Assembly: GCA_016748015.1 (NCBI GenBank)
Contig: JAAOMT010000046.1
Location: forward strand, 830,697-894,696
DNA from: Geosiphon pyriformis uo1
Lineage: Eukaryota > Fungi > Glomeromycota
Direction of reading: 5' to 3'
DNA: 64,000 nucleotides
A program made the translations under genes and the position numbers. Below are positions 1 to 12,460 of this stretch, one piece after another (position 1 is the first letter of the stretch; each line of letters opens with the position of its first letter). The notes under the pieces were generated by a model. The model ran no database searches, was not told the DNA's origin, and saw nothing but the letters and a program-made list of their open reading frames with translations.

Positions 1-827
1 ATTCCACGAACGCTTCATGATCAAAATACTCGTCCAAGCTGCTTTCCTTAAGAAATTGGGCTGTCCTTTCAAAATCCTCGGGATTTAAAGATGATAATTT
101 TGGAAAAAGTAGAAGATATTCCACCAACCTATGTTGATCCGAAACAAACTCTTGCTTTTCAATAGTTTTTGATGTTTCAATGACCTCAGATGTCAATTGT
201 GCTCCCTCAAACCAGTAGGCCAAAGCAGCTCGCGTTACATCTTGAACAAAAGTTTTCAAAGCACCACCATCACCAGAAGCGTGACATATTATGAAGGCTG
301 ATTGCGCCTGATCTATTATATTTGACCTGAGTAATTTATATATTGCAGAAATGAAACCCAGTTCTGTGATTGAGACTGTCGAAGATGATAATTTTCCTAG
401 CTTCTCAGATAGTTTGCTGTTAGTGTAATCCCAAGAATTTGAAGATTCGATTTGAAAATATTGGGCGAACCCTTGTCTCAAGGATGGTGTTATTACATTT
501 GAAAGATGTTGCTATTTTTGATGATTTTAAATAATGATAAAAAAAAGATCGATTAATTACTTTGATCTCATCAAAATTGTAGAAATAAAAAATAACTTGT
601 ACTTTGAAGTCTTCCACACTGATCTGTCCACATTTTTCTATCAATGGACGGTTATTTTTATCATGATGATCTGATGCAGTTCCACCCTCGTCCAGAATAT
701 TGTTTTCCTCGTTAGATTTTCCAAACTCTTTGTACCTCTTTAACAATTTTCCTCTTTCATCATCTGTGAACTTTGATAATAAATTTTGAAGTCGAGCTTC
801 TTCTGTCTTGCTTTTTGTATTTCCCAT
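1..827 (-). CDS. 5' part of a spliced gene that runs off the window; protein with an N-myristoylation signal, possibly Rtc5/MEAK7 (TLDc)-like
   Basis: ATG at 827 gives MGNTKS (MGxxxS myristoylation consensus). The ORF track reads on into an intron, and further coding-like exons continue to position 1. The family call is tentative because no TLDc domain is visible in the window. Confidence 0.45.
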
Positions 828-1478
828 GTTGGATATATGGATTTCTAAATGTTATTGAATTCGTGACTCTATTTATAGACTTATTTTGACTGATGTAATG
901 ATGATATAACAGTTTTTGGCATACTGCAACAAAGTGAGGTTAGGACTTTTATATTTTTCACGTGTTGGCACATTTTTCAAATCACCTCTCTGCTTCCTTT
1001 TATCAGATCATTAGTTGTCTGTAAACTTTATTGCAGCATATGTATTAAGCTTATTAAAATGTCTTAATAAAATATAATAACCATTTTTTAAATTTTTGTT
1101 CTTAAAATATTTATTGTTATTCTTTAAATTTAACTTAACAAATCAAGTAAAAAACAAAACTTAAGTTTCAAATTAAAAATGAGCTCAATCAAAATATAGT
1201 TTCAAGGCTGCTTTATTTGAGCTAAGATTCAGTATTGGAAATCCATAATAATTTTATTGAAAAACCAAAAATAACCAGAATTTTAATTTTTTGGCATCGC
1301 CCATTTTAGCGATGAAGCAAAGTAAGATAAATTAGTAAAATAATACTTCATAATCTTTTACAACTTTCGATCTTTTGCATTCACTCAAAAAGGAATCGCC
1401 CAACAAAACGACATTTGCTGCCCGTAGTGGAAAACTATCAATAATTATGTGCTTGTCTAGCATAATGACATTTAAGTT

Positions 1479-4360
1479 TTAATCACAAAACAAGCAATTT
1501 TCAGCCTGGGCACTTGTAGCTTTCTTTGACAAACGAGGAGACTTGCGCACTGGAGTATCCACATAATTTCTGAATCGCCGACCGCGGGCATTGGTATTAA
1601 CAGTCGATGGTGTATATGGCGTGGACGCTTCGTTGTTTAAAATCACATCAATTTCTAAGATTCTCGGAGTCGTCAAGAGATTTTCTTTGGTTGGGGAATC
1701 ATTGGGTTGGTAGAGATGGTGATGTAATTGATATTGATCGTGAATGGTAGGCTGCTCTGGTACTTCTTGTCCGAACAATTTTCCTCTATTTGCCTGACCA
1801 CCATTGATCGAGATACTGTTAAGAGGATGAGGGTGGTGTGGGTGTAGATGATCGGGAGTGTTTAATTCTGATAATCCAGGAATGTCTCTTGGTTTCCTCA
1901 TGTTATTAGCAACAGGATCCTCTCTAGAGGTCTTCATACTAGGACTTTTTTCATTTGGAAATAAAATAGTGGGCCTGAACTCTCGTTTTCGTTGTTTTGA
2001 GGCTTCACTGCCTTTTTCGTTTTTATGACGAACTTTCACGATCGATTTAAAGGATTTTGTGGCGTTCGTGCTAGAAAAGCGGCTGACTTGAGTTTTCGTT
2101 TCGAGCACGGACGACTCGTTTCTATAAAGTAAAATAGAAATCTATTAAGATTCGAGAAATATATCTGGAATTCTCAAATATTTTGTGTTTGTTTGCAAAT
2201 TCCTTCTTATTAAATAGCTTCGTATCTTCATTAATCAATAGGTTTTTTTTAGTTAATAAGAAGGACTTCTGCCAACAAACAAATTTAAAAATGTTTGAAT
2301 AAGGGGATGGGACATCTTGCGTTATGAAAACTCTTAAAAAAATGCATTTTTGTTCATAACATTTACTTTTATCATTTGTATTCGAGAATGATTTTTTGAT
2401 TATATTTAATACACTAATTCCAACAAAAAAACTTCATGGAAATAAATTTACATGTAGTCATCCCTCGCAGCATACAGTTTTTGTTGATATTTTTCAAGGA
2501 ACGGAGTCAACGGAGTAACTTCTTGGGTCATAAATAGATGTCGATCCGGCGAGCTTTCATCATAATTTATTTCGCCATTTACGCGCTTCCTACTGTGGAA
2601 GAAATAACCATGATCAATCAAGATTTTTGGCCAAGAGGATTATAAGAAAAAATATCTTACGGTGTGGAATGCGCTGCTTTCCATCTTCTTTTTTCGAGTT
2701 CAAAATCAACACGCTCTTGCTGTTTGTATAATATCAGTAAAGCTTAATAAATCCATTTCCTTTAAATATATCATTGTCAACAACAAAACATCAAACCAGA
2801 AAAGCTTCGCGATCTTTGCCCAGTCTGATAAGGGATTCGGTAAACTGCTTGCGCTCTGTATTAAGTTGTTCGCGTTTTTTGAATAAATCTTTGGATTCTT
2901 GGTCATATTCTGGAGCAGTCATTTCATTTCTTTATGTTTAAGTTGGATATTAAAAATTTTATGAAACCTTATTAAGAAATGACGAGAAAGCAAAATTAAA
3001 CTATCGTTTCATACATACAGGGAAATATCCGGTAATCCTTCATAGAAACCATTCTTCATTTGTTGATCAAGCAACTCGTGAGCTTGCCTGGCAAAATTCT
3101 TGGCTTCCTCTATATATAAAATGAAAATCAGCTGATTTCAACTTTTTGCTTCAGCTCTTTCCTCAAGGATACGAAAAATTTACCAAGTTCCTCATTCAGA
3201 ACACTGATTTTAATCTCTTGCTTATTTATTTCTTCTTGTTTTCGTTCGATTTCCATTATTTTTTGATGTATTTCTGATTCTTTTTGATCAATTTCTACCA
3301 TTCTTTGTTGCAGGTTTGCATCTTTTCGATCTATTTCCATTTTATGGTTGTGCAAAGCCTCGTCTTTTTCTTGAATCATCTTATCACGAATCTGTATTTC
3401 CTCTTCTTTTTCCTGCAACTCTACCAGCATACCAGCAGGCCTATTCTCCCATTCATTTTTAAGTGCACTTAAAGCACCTTTGACTTCTTCCTCAAGATTT
3501 TGCCCAAACATCTCATAAGGTAGACTGAACTTGGCAGCGTGTGGATTGTACGATTCCGGAGTCTTTTCGCAAAAGAAAAGTTAAAGATCATAGTAATGTA
3601 TTATAAGAATTAATTAATTAATTAATCATTATGGAATTCATACTTCTATTCCTGTAAATTCAGGATCAGCATCCAAATACCGCTCAGGCATCATCTGGGT
3701 TTGTTTATCGAGAAACTCTGTCATCTGTGTTTGAACCTCATATAATAAACTTCGCAGTTTACTATTCTCTTCTAAAAGTTCATTTTGGCGGGCTTCATGA
3801 TCTGCTAAAACCTGTCTGAACATTTCAACATCCTGCTCACCATTTACGAAGAATGAGAAAACTATTTAAACAATAATTTCAAAAAGATGATAAATATTGA
3901 TTTATATTTACAGCATTTGATTCTGCATATTCGGAAGGGGCCAAACCAGCAGTAGGTCGACAATTGGTAGCATTTGAAATTTCTCTCACTGAAGGTTTAG
4001 GTGCTGGATTGATCATCTTCAAGCCTATCTTTGCACCTCGATACTTTTCATTGAGAGCTCGTCCCATTTGTTCTTTGAATCTTTGATACTCAGATTCACG
4101 TTTTCGAACTTCATGCTAAAAATATTAAAGCACATCAGTTTGTTCAACATAAATATAAATAAAAAAATGGGTCCGAATGAGATTTCACCTCTCATGGTTT
4201 TTTATTTACCGCGTTTTGGGTCTTGATGTATTGCAGATTCAATTTGGTTTTGGTTAACTCTTCCTTTGTCGAACGGTGTTTTTCAAACTCTATCCTAAAA
4301 GTATTTTCAGTCCATCTAAAAATGGAGTTTAGATAGAATCAATAAAGTAAATTTGCACAT

Positions 4361-4411
<51 letters not shown>

Positions 4412-5078
4412 GGCACATAATACTTGCTGCAATTTGGCTTTAAGGGAATCAACTTCACGGTCGCTTAGCTCTGCTCTATTTTTTAAATTTCTCTATAAGA
4501 ATATCAACCTTTAATGATTGAAAATTAATTTTTGACTAAATCGTTTCAATATTTTTCATAAGCTGCCTTTACCATTCCCGTCATCAACATATCTTGATCA
4601 CTCTGTAAACGGCGAAGTTGATCATTCAATGCCTCTCGATATCCGGTATCTTTCTGTCAAAATCGTCATGAAGAATTTATTTAATTTAGTATATAGACAA
4701 CTTGTTTTTTATATTATAAAGACAAACCTGTCGCTGTTGCAACAAGGAAAATATGCATTCGATAATTTGTGTTGCGCTTTCACGATTTCCATTAAGTAAA
4801 TCCAATGGTGAGGGATATCCATGTTCACCTAATTGCTGGTTTATGTAGTCAACTGTGTTATGCAAACTGCTTTTTTGGTCAGGTTCATTTCCCCTTTGAT
4901 AAACAAAAATGTTTTACAGGTTTGTCAATACATTATTAGCAATAAAGCTTCAGAAAAACAACCCTTCAAATTTTTACCCTTCTTCTTTTTCCTCAAACGG
5001 GTTGCTAGGCTTAAGGTACTCATTTAAGTCCACCATGTTTGCATTCCTATTTAGCTTGATAGATTCCATTGTCCCCAT
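1479..5078 (-). CDS. Afadin/alpha-actinin-binding (ADIP/SSX2IP, Msd1-like) coiled-coil protein, multi-exon
   Basis: Exons read YINQQLGEHGYPSPLDL...IIECIFSLLQQRQ, DQLRRLQSD, HEVRKRESEYQRFKEQM and LLEENSKLRSLL, typical of the ADIP domain. The ORFs at 3879-4067, 3638-3823 and 3128-3511 are exon pieces. The 1479-2121 exon joins in phase through intron 2122-2451. Confidence 0.75.
4363..4409. repeat. (ATT)n microsatellite, intronic
   Basis: About 15 perfect ATT units. Confidence 0.95.
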
Positions 5079-5951
5079 TATGAAACTCCAGAGGATAAAT
5101 ACAATAGATTAATAGATTTGTCGCGTTTAGGCGCGTAACAAAATTCCGCTCATTGGCTGAGAGTCCGAATCGGATCAAGATTTAGGATTTGCAAGAAAGT
5201 AGATCCCAATTAACATAATTTGGAATTTAATCGACTCAAAGAATTATTCAAATTTTTTTAGTCAATCAAGTTCTAGTTGCTAATCTCGCACATGAAAAAA
5301 GAATTTTTTTAAGACTTTCTATCAAATTCTGGTTAAGCTTTGCCCCGAATATTGAAAAAATCGATTTTGCGTTTTTTACGTCACAAATAGTGAAACATTT
5401 TGGGAGAATAACTTCTCATTAAAATTACAAAGTTGTTTTACAAAGATAACATCTAATTGGTATATTTTTTTTCTCTTTACTTAATCATTTAAATAGTTTA
5501 AGTAAAAAGAATTTATATAATATTTTATCACCAAAATAATAACTCATTTTAAATTTAAATAAATTAAATTTTAAAAAGTCAATTATGCAACAAATAATAA
5601 ATAAAATCAAAATTAATCAATCTACCTTTAAAACTTTTTAATAATAATAATATTTTATTGTGGTATCAAATTTAATATCGAATAGTGCAAATTTTTTTCA
5701 GTTTAATATTATTTTACATATTGTGGAAACGGTATATTATATTATTGTCAAATTTTTTCATTATACGTAATTTGATTTTTTTATCACCTATTGTTTATGT
5801 TTTTAACAGATTGGCTCCAAATGAATATCTTTTAAAGAACATAAATAAATAGCTTTGCGTAAAAGTGTAGAATTAAAATATTGAAAAGTCCATAATTCTC
5901 AAAATTTAACAGCATGTCAAATGATGATAACTCTTCTGTTAGTAATTTGAA

Positions 5952-7683
5952 TCAAACTTTGAGATTTTTCAATTGTTTCATTTCCTCCTCTTCTTCCACC
6001 TCCTCTTCTCCTATCCAAACTTGTTCTTCCTCCTCTTCGTATGATTTAACCTCATACTTCTTACCACGAATCCCAAAAATACCCCAATTAGCAAAAATAT
6101 GTTCCCTCACATCTTGGATATTAACGTCTCGTTTTAAACTTCGAAAAGGATTTTCGCCAGGTTCCAACAACCAATCAAACTCATCTTTATGGTTTTCCTC
6201 CGAATTATTGTCATCCATATTCATATCAACTTTCACATTTTCCTCTTCAGGTTCATTTTCTTTCGATTTCATCCAACCCCCTTCTTCTAAAGCCCTCACA
6301 TCTGTTTCCATATCCTGTTCATCATATCCAGTAATAAAAATAGCACATTTCGTGCCTAAAATCCTTTTTATTGTTTTCCCCCAGAATTCTTTACCATTTA
6401 GCTGACCGAATCCAGGACTAAACAAGAAAAAAACGTCAGTATAAGGATCGAACGGTTTTAGGGTGTCATGATAATCAGTGTAATATTTGTCCGTCCAGGT
6501 GAATGACAGATTTGTGTTAAAATGTTTGGTTAAGGGCAGTTTTTCTTTCGGTGGTAATGCTTGGGGACCAATAAAGTGGATGTGAAAGGTAGTGTTGGGA
6601 AATAGATAGGAAATTTGTTGGTAGACCTCTGGTGGGAGTTGAGCTTCTGCACGTGCACCAAGAATTAATACGCGTATAACATCAAAAGGTCGAGCGCTTT
6701 GAAGATCTTGGGTGGTTTCTTGGATCGAGTAAATTGTATGCTTTAATGCTGAACCAAAAGTTGACAATATTTGGATAATGAAAGAATCAGCTTCAGATAA
6801 GAGATATTGCAGATTGTTAAAATTCCAATAGACTTTAAAAAATTGAAAAACCCCTATACCAATTTGTGATTTCAATCCTTCACTGGTTAACCGATTGCGA
6901 AGCGTATAGGGTCCTGATTCGTGTAAAACCGACGCAATAGTAATCGGATATGTTAATGCTTTGCTTACATGGCGCATCGAACGTGCTTCATCTAAACTTG
7001 GAAAGCTACGCGTATAAAAAAAGGTATCCCAGTTCAGCATGTTGACCCGATAATCGTAATCCTGTTCAGCTTTGATATAGTTATACTTGAATAATCACGT
7101 GAGTGTTATTGCAAAGAAATTTGGAGGAAAATAAGTTGACAAAAAACTCACTGGGGAACACAAATTCCTTAATCTCCCGACCACTTCTCAAGTCATGCTC
7201 ATCCTCGTTAGCCTCTCGTAGTCCAGAACATATTTTCTTGTGCTTTTCTAAATCCTGTTTATAGTGTTGAGGGGAGCAGTGAGTGGGGTAACCACAGTCT
7301 GGACACTCGTAAATAGGACGCTTTTGGTCTTCTTTCTTTAGGTGTTCGACACACGTCGAACACGTGCCATGATTATTTATAAGTTTTGCCCGTTCTTTTA
7401 TGGCCGCAATCGGCGAGCGAGATAAAGGGTGAAAAAGATTATTGTTTTTGAGAATGGGTTCTGGTATGGCTTGTGGCGCCTCTTTGCGCGGAAATATTGT
7501 TTTAAGGGAAGCAAAAGGTCGCGTTACAGCTTCTGGTTGGACTCCAGCGGAAGCGGAATCCCTCGAGAGGGAAGTACTATTCCGTGTTTTAATTAGCTGA
7601 GTGATTTTCAAAGACCTAGGTTTTAACAAAAAACCTCTTTTAGGAAATGGTGTAATTGAATGTATGTTTCGTGGGAACATCAT
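5952..7683 (-). CDS. MSS51: Mss51 mitochondrial COX1 translation/assembly factor (zf-Mss51), 3 exons
   Basis: Basic presequence; CPDCGYPTHCS...LREANEDEHDLRSGR; NWDTFFYTRSF; ILGARAEAQLP; FHIHFIGP; PFDPYTDVFFLFSPGFG; LLEPGENPFRS; ANWGIFGIRGKKY. Confidence 0.93.
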
Positions 7684-7909
7684 TTGTTTTTTTTGAAAAT
7701 TTCTCCAAGTCCATCTAACAGCCCATAATGTTTATGAGATTGTTCTAGAAGCATTTGTAGATATGCCTGAATTTGGCAACGTGAAGATCATAAAAAACCT
7801 AAAATTCAGGCTTGAATCGACTCAAATAAATTTAATGCTACCCTATGCTTTAAAAATTGTGTCTACAAATATCTCATTGTCCTGAATTATGTCACTTCAC
7901 TTCTAAAAA

Positions 7910-9597
7910 TTATGCTTCGTTCAACAATATATCAAAAAACCTAGAAAAGAAAATCAAAGATTAAAAAATCAAAGAAAATTAAATTTGCCCAAAAGTCAAA
8001 TGTTTTTTTGGGGGTCGACTTACTTCTGAGTTTTATTTGTATCTTTTGCCTTGGATTTTTTCTTCACAATTTTCCCGGCCTTGCGTTTTTCCGTTGCAAG
8101 AATCTCCGCGCGTTTTAATACCTTGGCATAGGGATTAAGACGAATCAAAACCCCATTATTCTTCAATGGATTTTTCTTTTGTGTATATGGCCGCTTTTGA
8201 TGTTTTTCTCCGGCTGGCCGGAGCACAGATTGAATTTTAGTAGAGTTAATGATTTGAGTAACATCAGTATTGGTGATGATATGTGATGGAAGGCTAAGGA
8301 TAGAATTAGAATAAAAATCATTGTTAAAATAGAAAAAAAATGAGTATCATATTTAAATAATTCCATTTGCTTACCGATAATCTTTTTTAAGAGCGGCAGC
8401 TGTTTGGTAGGTGCCAAACAAATCATCTAACAAAGCAAAAGCGCCTTGCGACCAAATAATAAATCTACCCAAATGACCTCCGGGAGCCAATAAAAGTAAA
8501 TTCAAATGACGTACATTGACCAATTCCACCCCAGGAAGATTACGGAAAGCCTTAACGACACCATGATCTTCGTTATAAACAATGAGAGGACCACGCCTTT
8601 GACGATGCCGCCGATTTCGCATTTTACCCTTACCCGCGCGCAATTTACGCGAATTAGAAACCTTTACGACATCGGTATAAGCATGAAAAGCTTTCAACAA
8701 GGCAACAGCAGCTTTGGTTTTTGCCAAGGATTCAATACCGTTTCCCACCACTAAGGGAATTTCTGAGATCTCCTCAATTCGGTGACCACGAGCCAAAACA
8801 AGTGGTGGAATAGCGGATGCCGCTAAAGCGGAAACTGTGGCGAACCTTTTTTGATTCAAGTTAGTCTTTACATGCCATTTACGCCAGATCTTGGTGGGAG
8901 CAAACATGCGACCACCACGACACATGTTACCAAAAGCACCCTAATCAATTTAAAAATTATATTAAAGTTAAAAGCTCACCCAAATCATGGAAATAAAAAT
9001 TACTAGTATACGATATTATAAAGTGATAAAAATGATTCTAAAAAGATGTTGAAGATATTTTACCTGACCGGCACGATGAGTGCCACCCCCAGAAACACGC
9101 GGAATACGAGCAACAGCACGACCTGTTCCCCAAGATTCCGCGGATGTTTGGTGACCTGCTTTCTTTGAAACAGCATAAGGCTGACGCTTATTCTTGGCGA
9201 TGTTGGTGTGAACGGATCTCACAATATCTGGACGTATAGGGGCTTTAAAAACTGCTGGGAGTTTATGTTGACTAATGGCAGTTCGTCCATCTTCCGAATA
9301 GATATTGATAGCTGGTCTGTTTACCACGGACTGATGTTTATAAGGTAATAAAATTTAAGACAAACAATAAATCACCAAAATTGAGCTAACTATCCAAAAT
9401 ATATTAGAGGGAGGTAATAAAATAAAATGATAGCTGAACAAGTTTTAAAAATACATAAAGTTTCCCAAGCTATTGCTCTGACTCAGAAAATATCAAGCAA
9501 AGATTAAAGCAGCACTTTTTTATACAAAGACAAATAATGATTGGATTGATGAGAAAAATAATTGATGGATATTCTAATCTGTTTTAGAACTTACCAT
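7910..9597 (-). CDS. RPL4: 60S ribosomal protein L4 (uL4), 5 exons; first coding exon is ATG only
   Basis: [46 protein letters not shown] at 9597-9595 then intron 9594-9331; last exon 7940-7910 ([10 protein letters not shown]). Confidence 0.97.
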
Positions 9598-9930
9598 CGT
9601 TCCTTTGATGATAAAGGGCGAGAGAGGAAGATTCAATATTTTAAAGAATTTCGTCTCCCAAATATTCTTTCGCATCTTCTCAAATCATAGCCAATCAAAT
9701 TGGATCAGTAAATTCTGGTCACATGAGGGTTTTAACGCTCGAATATTTTAGCACGCTCACTCACAATCACGGTGACACTTGCTGCTGTTTCTTTAGTTAA
9801 CACATAAACTACTCACAAAAGACCAAAATTACAGTTTTTAAACCATCTTTGAAAACTTTTTTTATTTTCTGTTTGTAGCCATTCTTAACCAACCACTCAC
9901 TAGTATTTCCACCCTGAAGAATCTAAACTC

Positions 9931-11395
9931 ATGGCAGGGAAAATTAATGTGATACAGTTGAAGGATTTTAGTAGTAGTAATTTCCGTGATACTTTTTCAC
10001 AACCTCAGGAAGAGGTTTTGGCCATCTGCTTGACAAAGAGCCAAGCTACTAGTGATTCTAATTCAAGTGGTTCCTTTGTTGGTGCGAGTAATGGCGAGTG
10101 CTATTATTACTCTACCTGTAAGTTTTTCATGTTATAAAAAGAACTTTGAGTTTCTTTGAAATCCCCTCTTTTTGATTTTATTCTTCATCATTACAGTGGG
10201 CAAGAAGATCGGGTGGCGTTCCTGTGGGTATCATTTCTTTTCAATCATAAACCCTATACCCTACATTATGCTAGGACATTATCGTCCTATCCTCTTCTTT
10301 ATCTGTTTTGTTAGTTGATAAAACCTCTGATAGGAAATAATGTCCTTCATAATATTTACATCATTTGTAAATAGGACATCACTTCGGAACTCTTATATAA
10401 CACCACAAGAGACCTGCTGGCACTCAAAAGTGGCAGATTTGAGGAGCGACCTGGAGGTCTAAGTAATAGAGATGATGTTACGGAATCTAATGGGATAAAT
10501 GAAAAAATTATCGACAGCAATAAGTCAATAAATTCTTTCAGCGCCGACAAAACACAAATTAAATTCGTTGATCAAGTTTTTCGTAGTGGCACCCCACCAG
10601 CTCATATTGACACTCTTTTAACCATCGTTTCCACTCAACCGAAGTCTGAGTATGCATGGGAAGGTTTTGTAATGAACGGAACACTGTTTTTGAAAGGAAA
10701 TGGTCTTGATAATGTGGACCTTAGGGAAAGGTAATTATTTATTTGCTTTCAGTTTTTAATTTTTTGATATTAAGAGAAGTTCCTTAAACTCTATATCGAG
10801 AATATGGGGGCCATCATTTTCCCTTTTTTTGAAATGCAATTACAAGTCTGGAGTTTAACACGTTATTTGACGATGTTCATTGGGTAGTGATTATGGTGAT
10901 TGAGTTTGGAATTCTCTCCGTCTACAGTTATATTTTAAAATAGCATTCGGTCGTTCTTGTTCTCCAGGCTTTCATGATATTTGCTTTCAAATTTTGGGAA
11001 TATGTGGCTCACATTTCTTCTAACAATTTTCTTTGCGTATGAAATTATTTGTACTTGCATTATTTTTGTATTGCCCTTTCGCTATTGCCTTGCCTTTTTT
11101 TATCGTTGCAAACAACATAGTATTGTTGCCGTATTGGAACTTGCAGAAGAGTGCTTAAAGTGTCGATCTTTGGTTGTTTGTCTTGAAAAAAACGACCCTC
11201 AATTAGGTGAGTCGAGAGATTCTTTTATATGATTTTAATTTATTATCTTTTATATATGAACTAATATGACTTATTCGCTCAACCTTCAAAGCCAATCTCA
11301 TTCGTACCTTCATGTATATTGGTTTTGAAACTTGCATTCCTAACATTTTTGATCACGATAATGAGAGGTTCATGCTTGTTGGGATGGAATTGTAA
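9931..11395 (+). CDS. OAZ1: Ornithine decarboxylase antizyme, needing a +1 programmed frameshift; exons 9931-10117, 10197-10223, 10375-10730, 11121-11206, 11292-11395
   Basis: Spliced ORF1 ends ...YYYSTLGKKIGWRS-TGA. The +1 frame reads DITSELL...WEGFV...LRESIVAVLELAEECLKCRSLVVCLEKNDPQLANLIRTFMYIGFE...FMLVGMEL*, the classic antizyme C-terminal domain. Confidence 0.93.
10214..10377 (+). promoter_or_regulatory. Antizyme +1 ribosomal frameshift site TGG-CGT-TCC-T|GA-C, split by intron 10224-10374
   Basis: Matches the conserved antizyme shift site UGG-YGY-UCC-UGA only after splicing (donor GTGGGT at 10224, acceptor ATAG ending 10374). Confidence 0.85.
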
Positions 11396-11643
11396 ACGCT
11401 TGAATTACCCATGACTTGTTATTTGCTCTTTTTATGCTGTAGTCATTTCAATTCATTTGAATCATTAGTTTCGTAACATTCTCTATGTACTAATATATCT
11501 ACAATATAACATTATTTTTACATTAAGTCTTTATTAGCATTGTAAATTGTCTTATGAAGCAATCTATTACGAAAAATTTAACTGCGTTATTTTTACAAAT
11601 AATCTTGTAGCTTTTTCTCGGAGTGCCAATAAATTAACAGAAA

Positions 11644-12298
11644 TTAGGTAAACACTAAAATGAATTCTTAGGAATTCATAATTTTGGCAAGACTATTGTT
11701 TAAAGGAAATACGTTAGAAATTTTTTGGAAAAAAAACTCGCCTACAAATGACTCACCATTATATTTAGTATGCTGACCCGTTGCGACTATGTTACTTGTT
11801 TGAGTATTACGAATAACTGTGGTTGTTTTCGCAAGATTTTTGCCGATTTTAATTAAAGTGCACTCCACACTAATATTATCACCGTTTTTCGCGGGTGAAA
11901 CATAAGAGATTGTGAGATCAATTGAGACCCCAATCCAGCCATTTTTCTTGCCTAAGATAAGAAGATATCAATATAGATGATCAAGGTAAATTTCTTTAAC
12001 AAAATAGTAAATGGCAATAGTTGAATTTGTGTGTTTGAATTTTAAAATATCACACAGCACCGTATTGTGTTGCGCTTGATAAGCTATCAATAATAGTCGC
12101 GATAAATCCACCATGCAAGGTTCCCATAGGGTTACACTCCTCTTGGGTAACGTCTATTTCGAATACACATTGCCTCTCGTTCGCCGAAACTACGCGAACA
12201 CGTCTCCAAAAATCGTTCATAAAATGTGGAATCTTTGCTATCATAAGAAGGTGGCTTTCGACACGTGCTTTTGGAGTCTCTAAGTCTATGTAGGGCAT
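11644..12298 (-). CDS. PaaI/ACOT13-family hotdog-fold acyl-CoA thioesterase, 3 exons
   Basis: NPMGTLHGGFIATIID motif; GVSIDLTISYVSPAKNGD; KIGKNLA; ATGQHTKY. Confidence 0.88.
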
Positions 12299-12460
12299 GA
12301 TTCGAAGAAGGAAATGAAGAATTATTGTGGCGAATATTTCAAGTGCCTCGCCATTAAATGATGAATTCACGCTAGTTTATGCTGCTTGCAGATCGGCTGT
12401 ATGAAGTATGAGTTTTTCCCAAAAATTTAAAAGAATTTCCAACTCTACTAGTCAAGATAG

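Noticed and set aside
3160-3175. GTATCCTT (U12-type donor-like) inside an ADIP intron; similar ATATCCTT at about 26680 and 29045
   Set aside because: Reading-frame phase fits the ordinary GT donor upstream; the other two lie at an acceptor or mid-intron. No minor intron is supported.
5914-6405. 163-aa Ser-rich plus-strand ORF
   Set aside because: Antisense shadow of the Glu-rich MSS51 C-terminus.
9331-9594. Possible snoRNA in RPL4 intron 1 (two hairpins, AGAGCA H-box-like)
   Set aside because: No terminal ACA box and no C/D box pair; needs an Rfam scan.
10981-11120. Hydrophobic N-terminus of ORF 10981-11232, resembling a membrane protein
   Set aside because: T-rich intron 3 of antizyme read in frame with exon 4.
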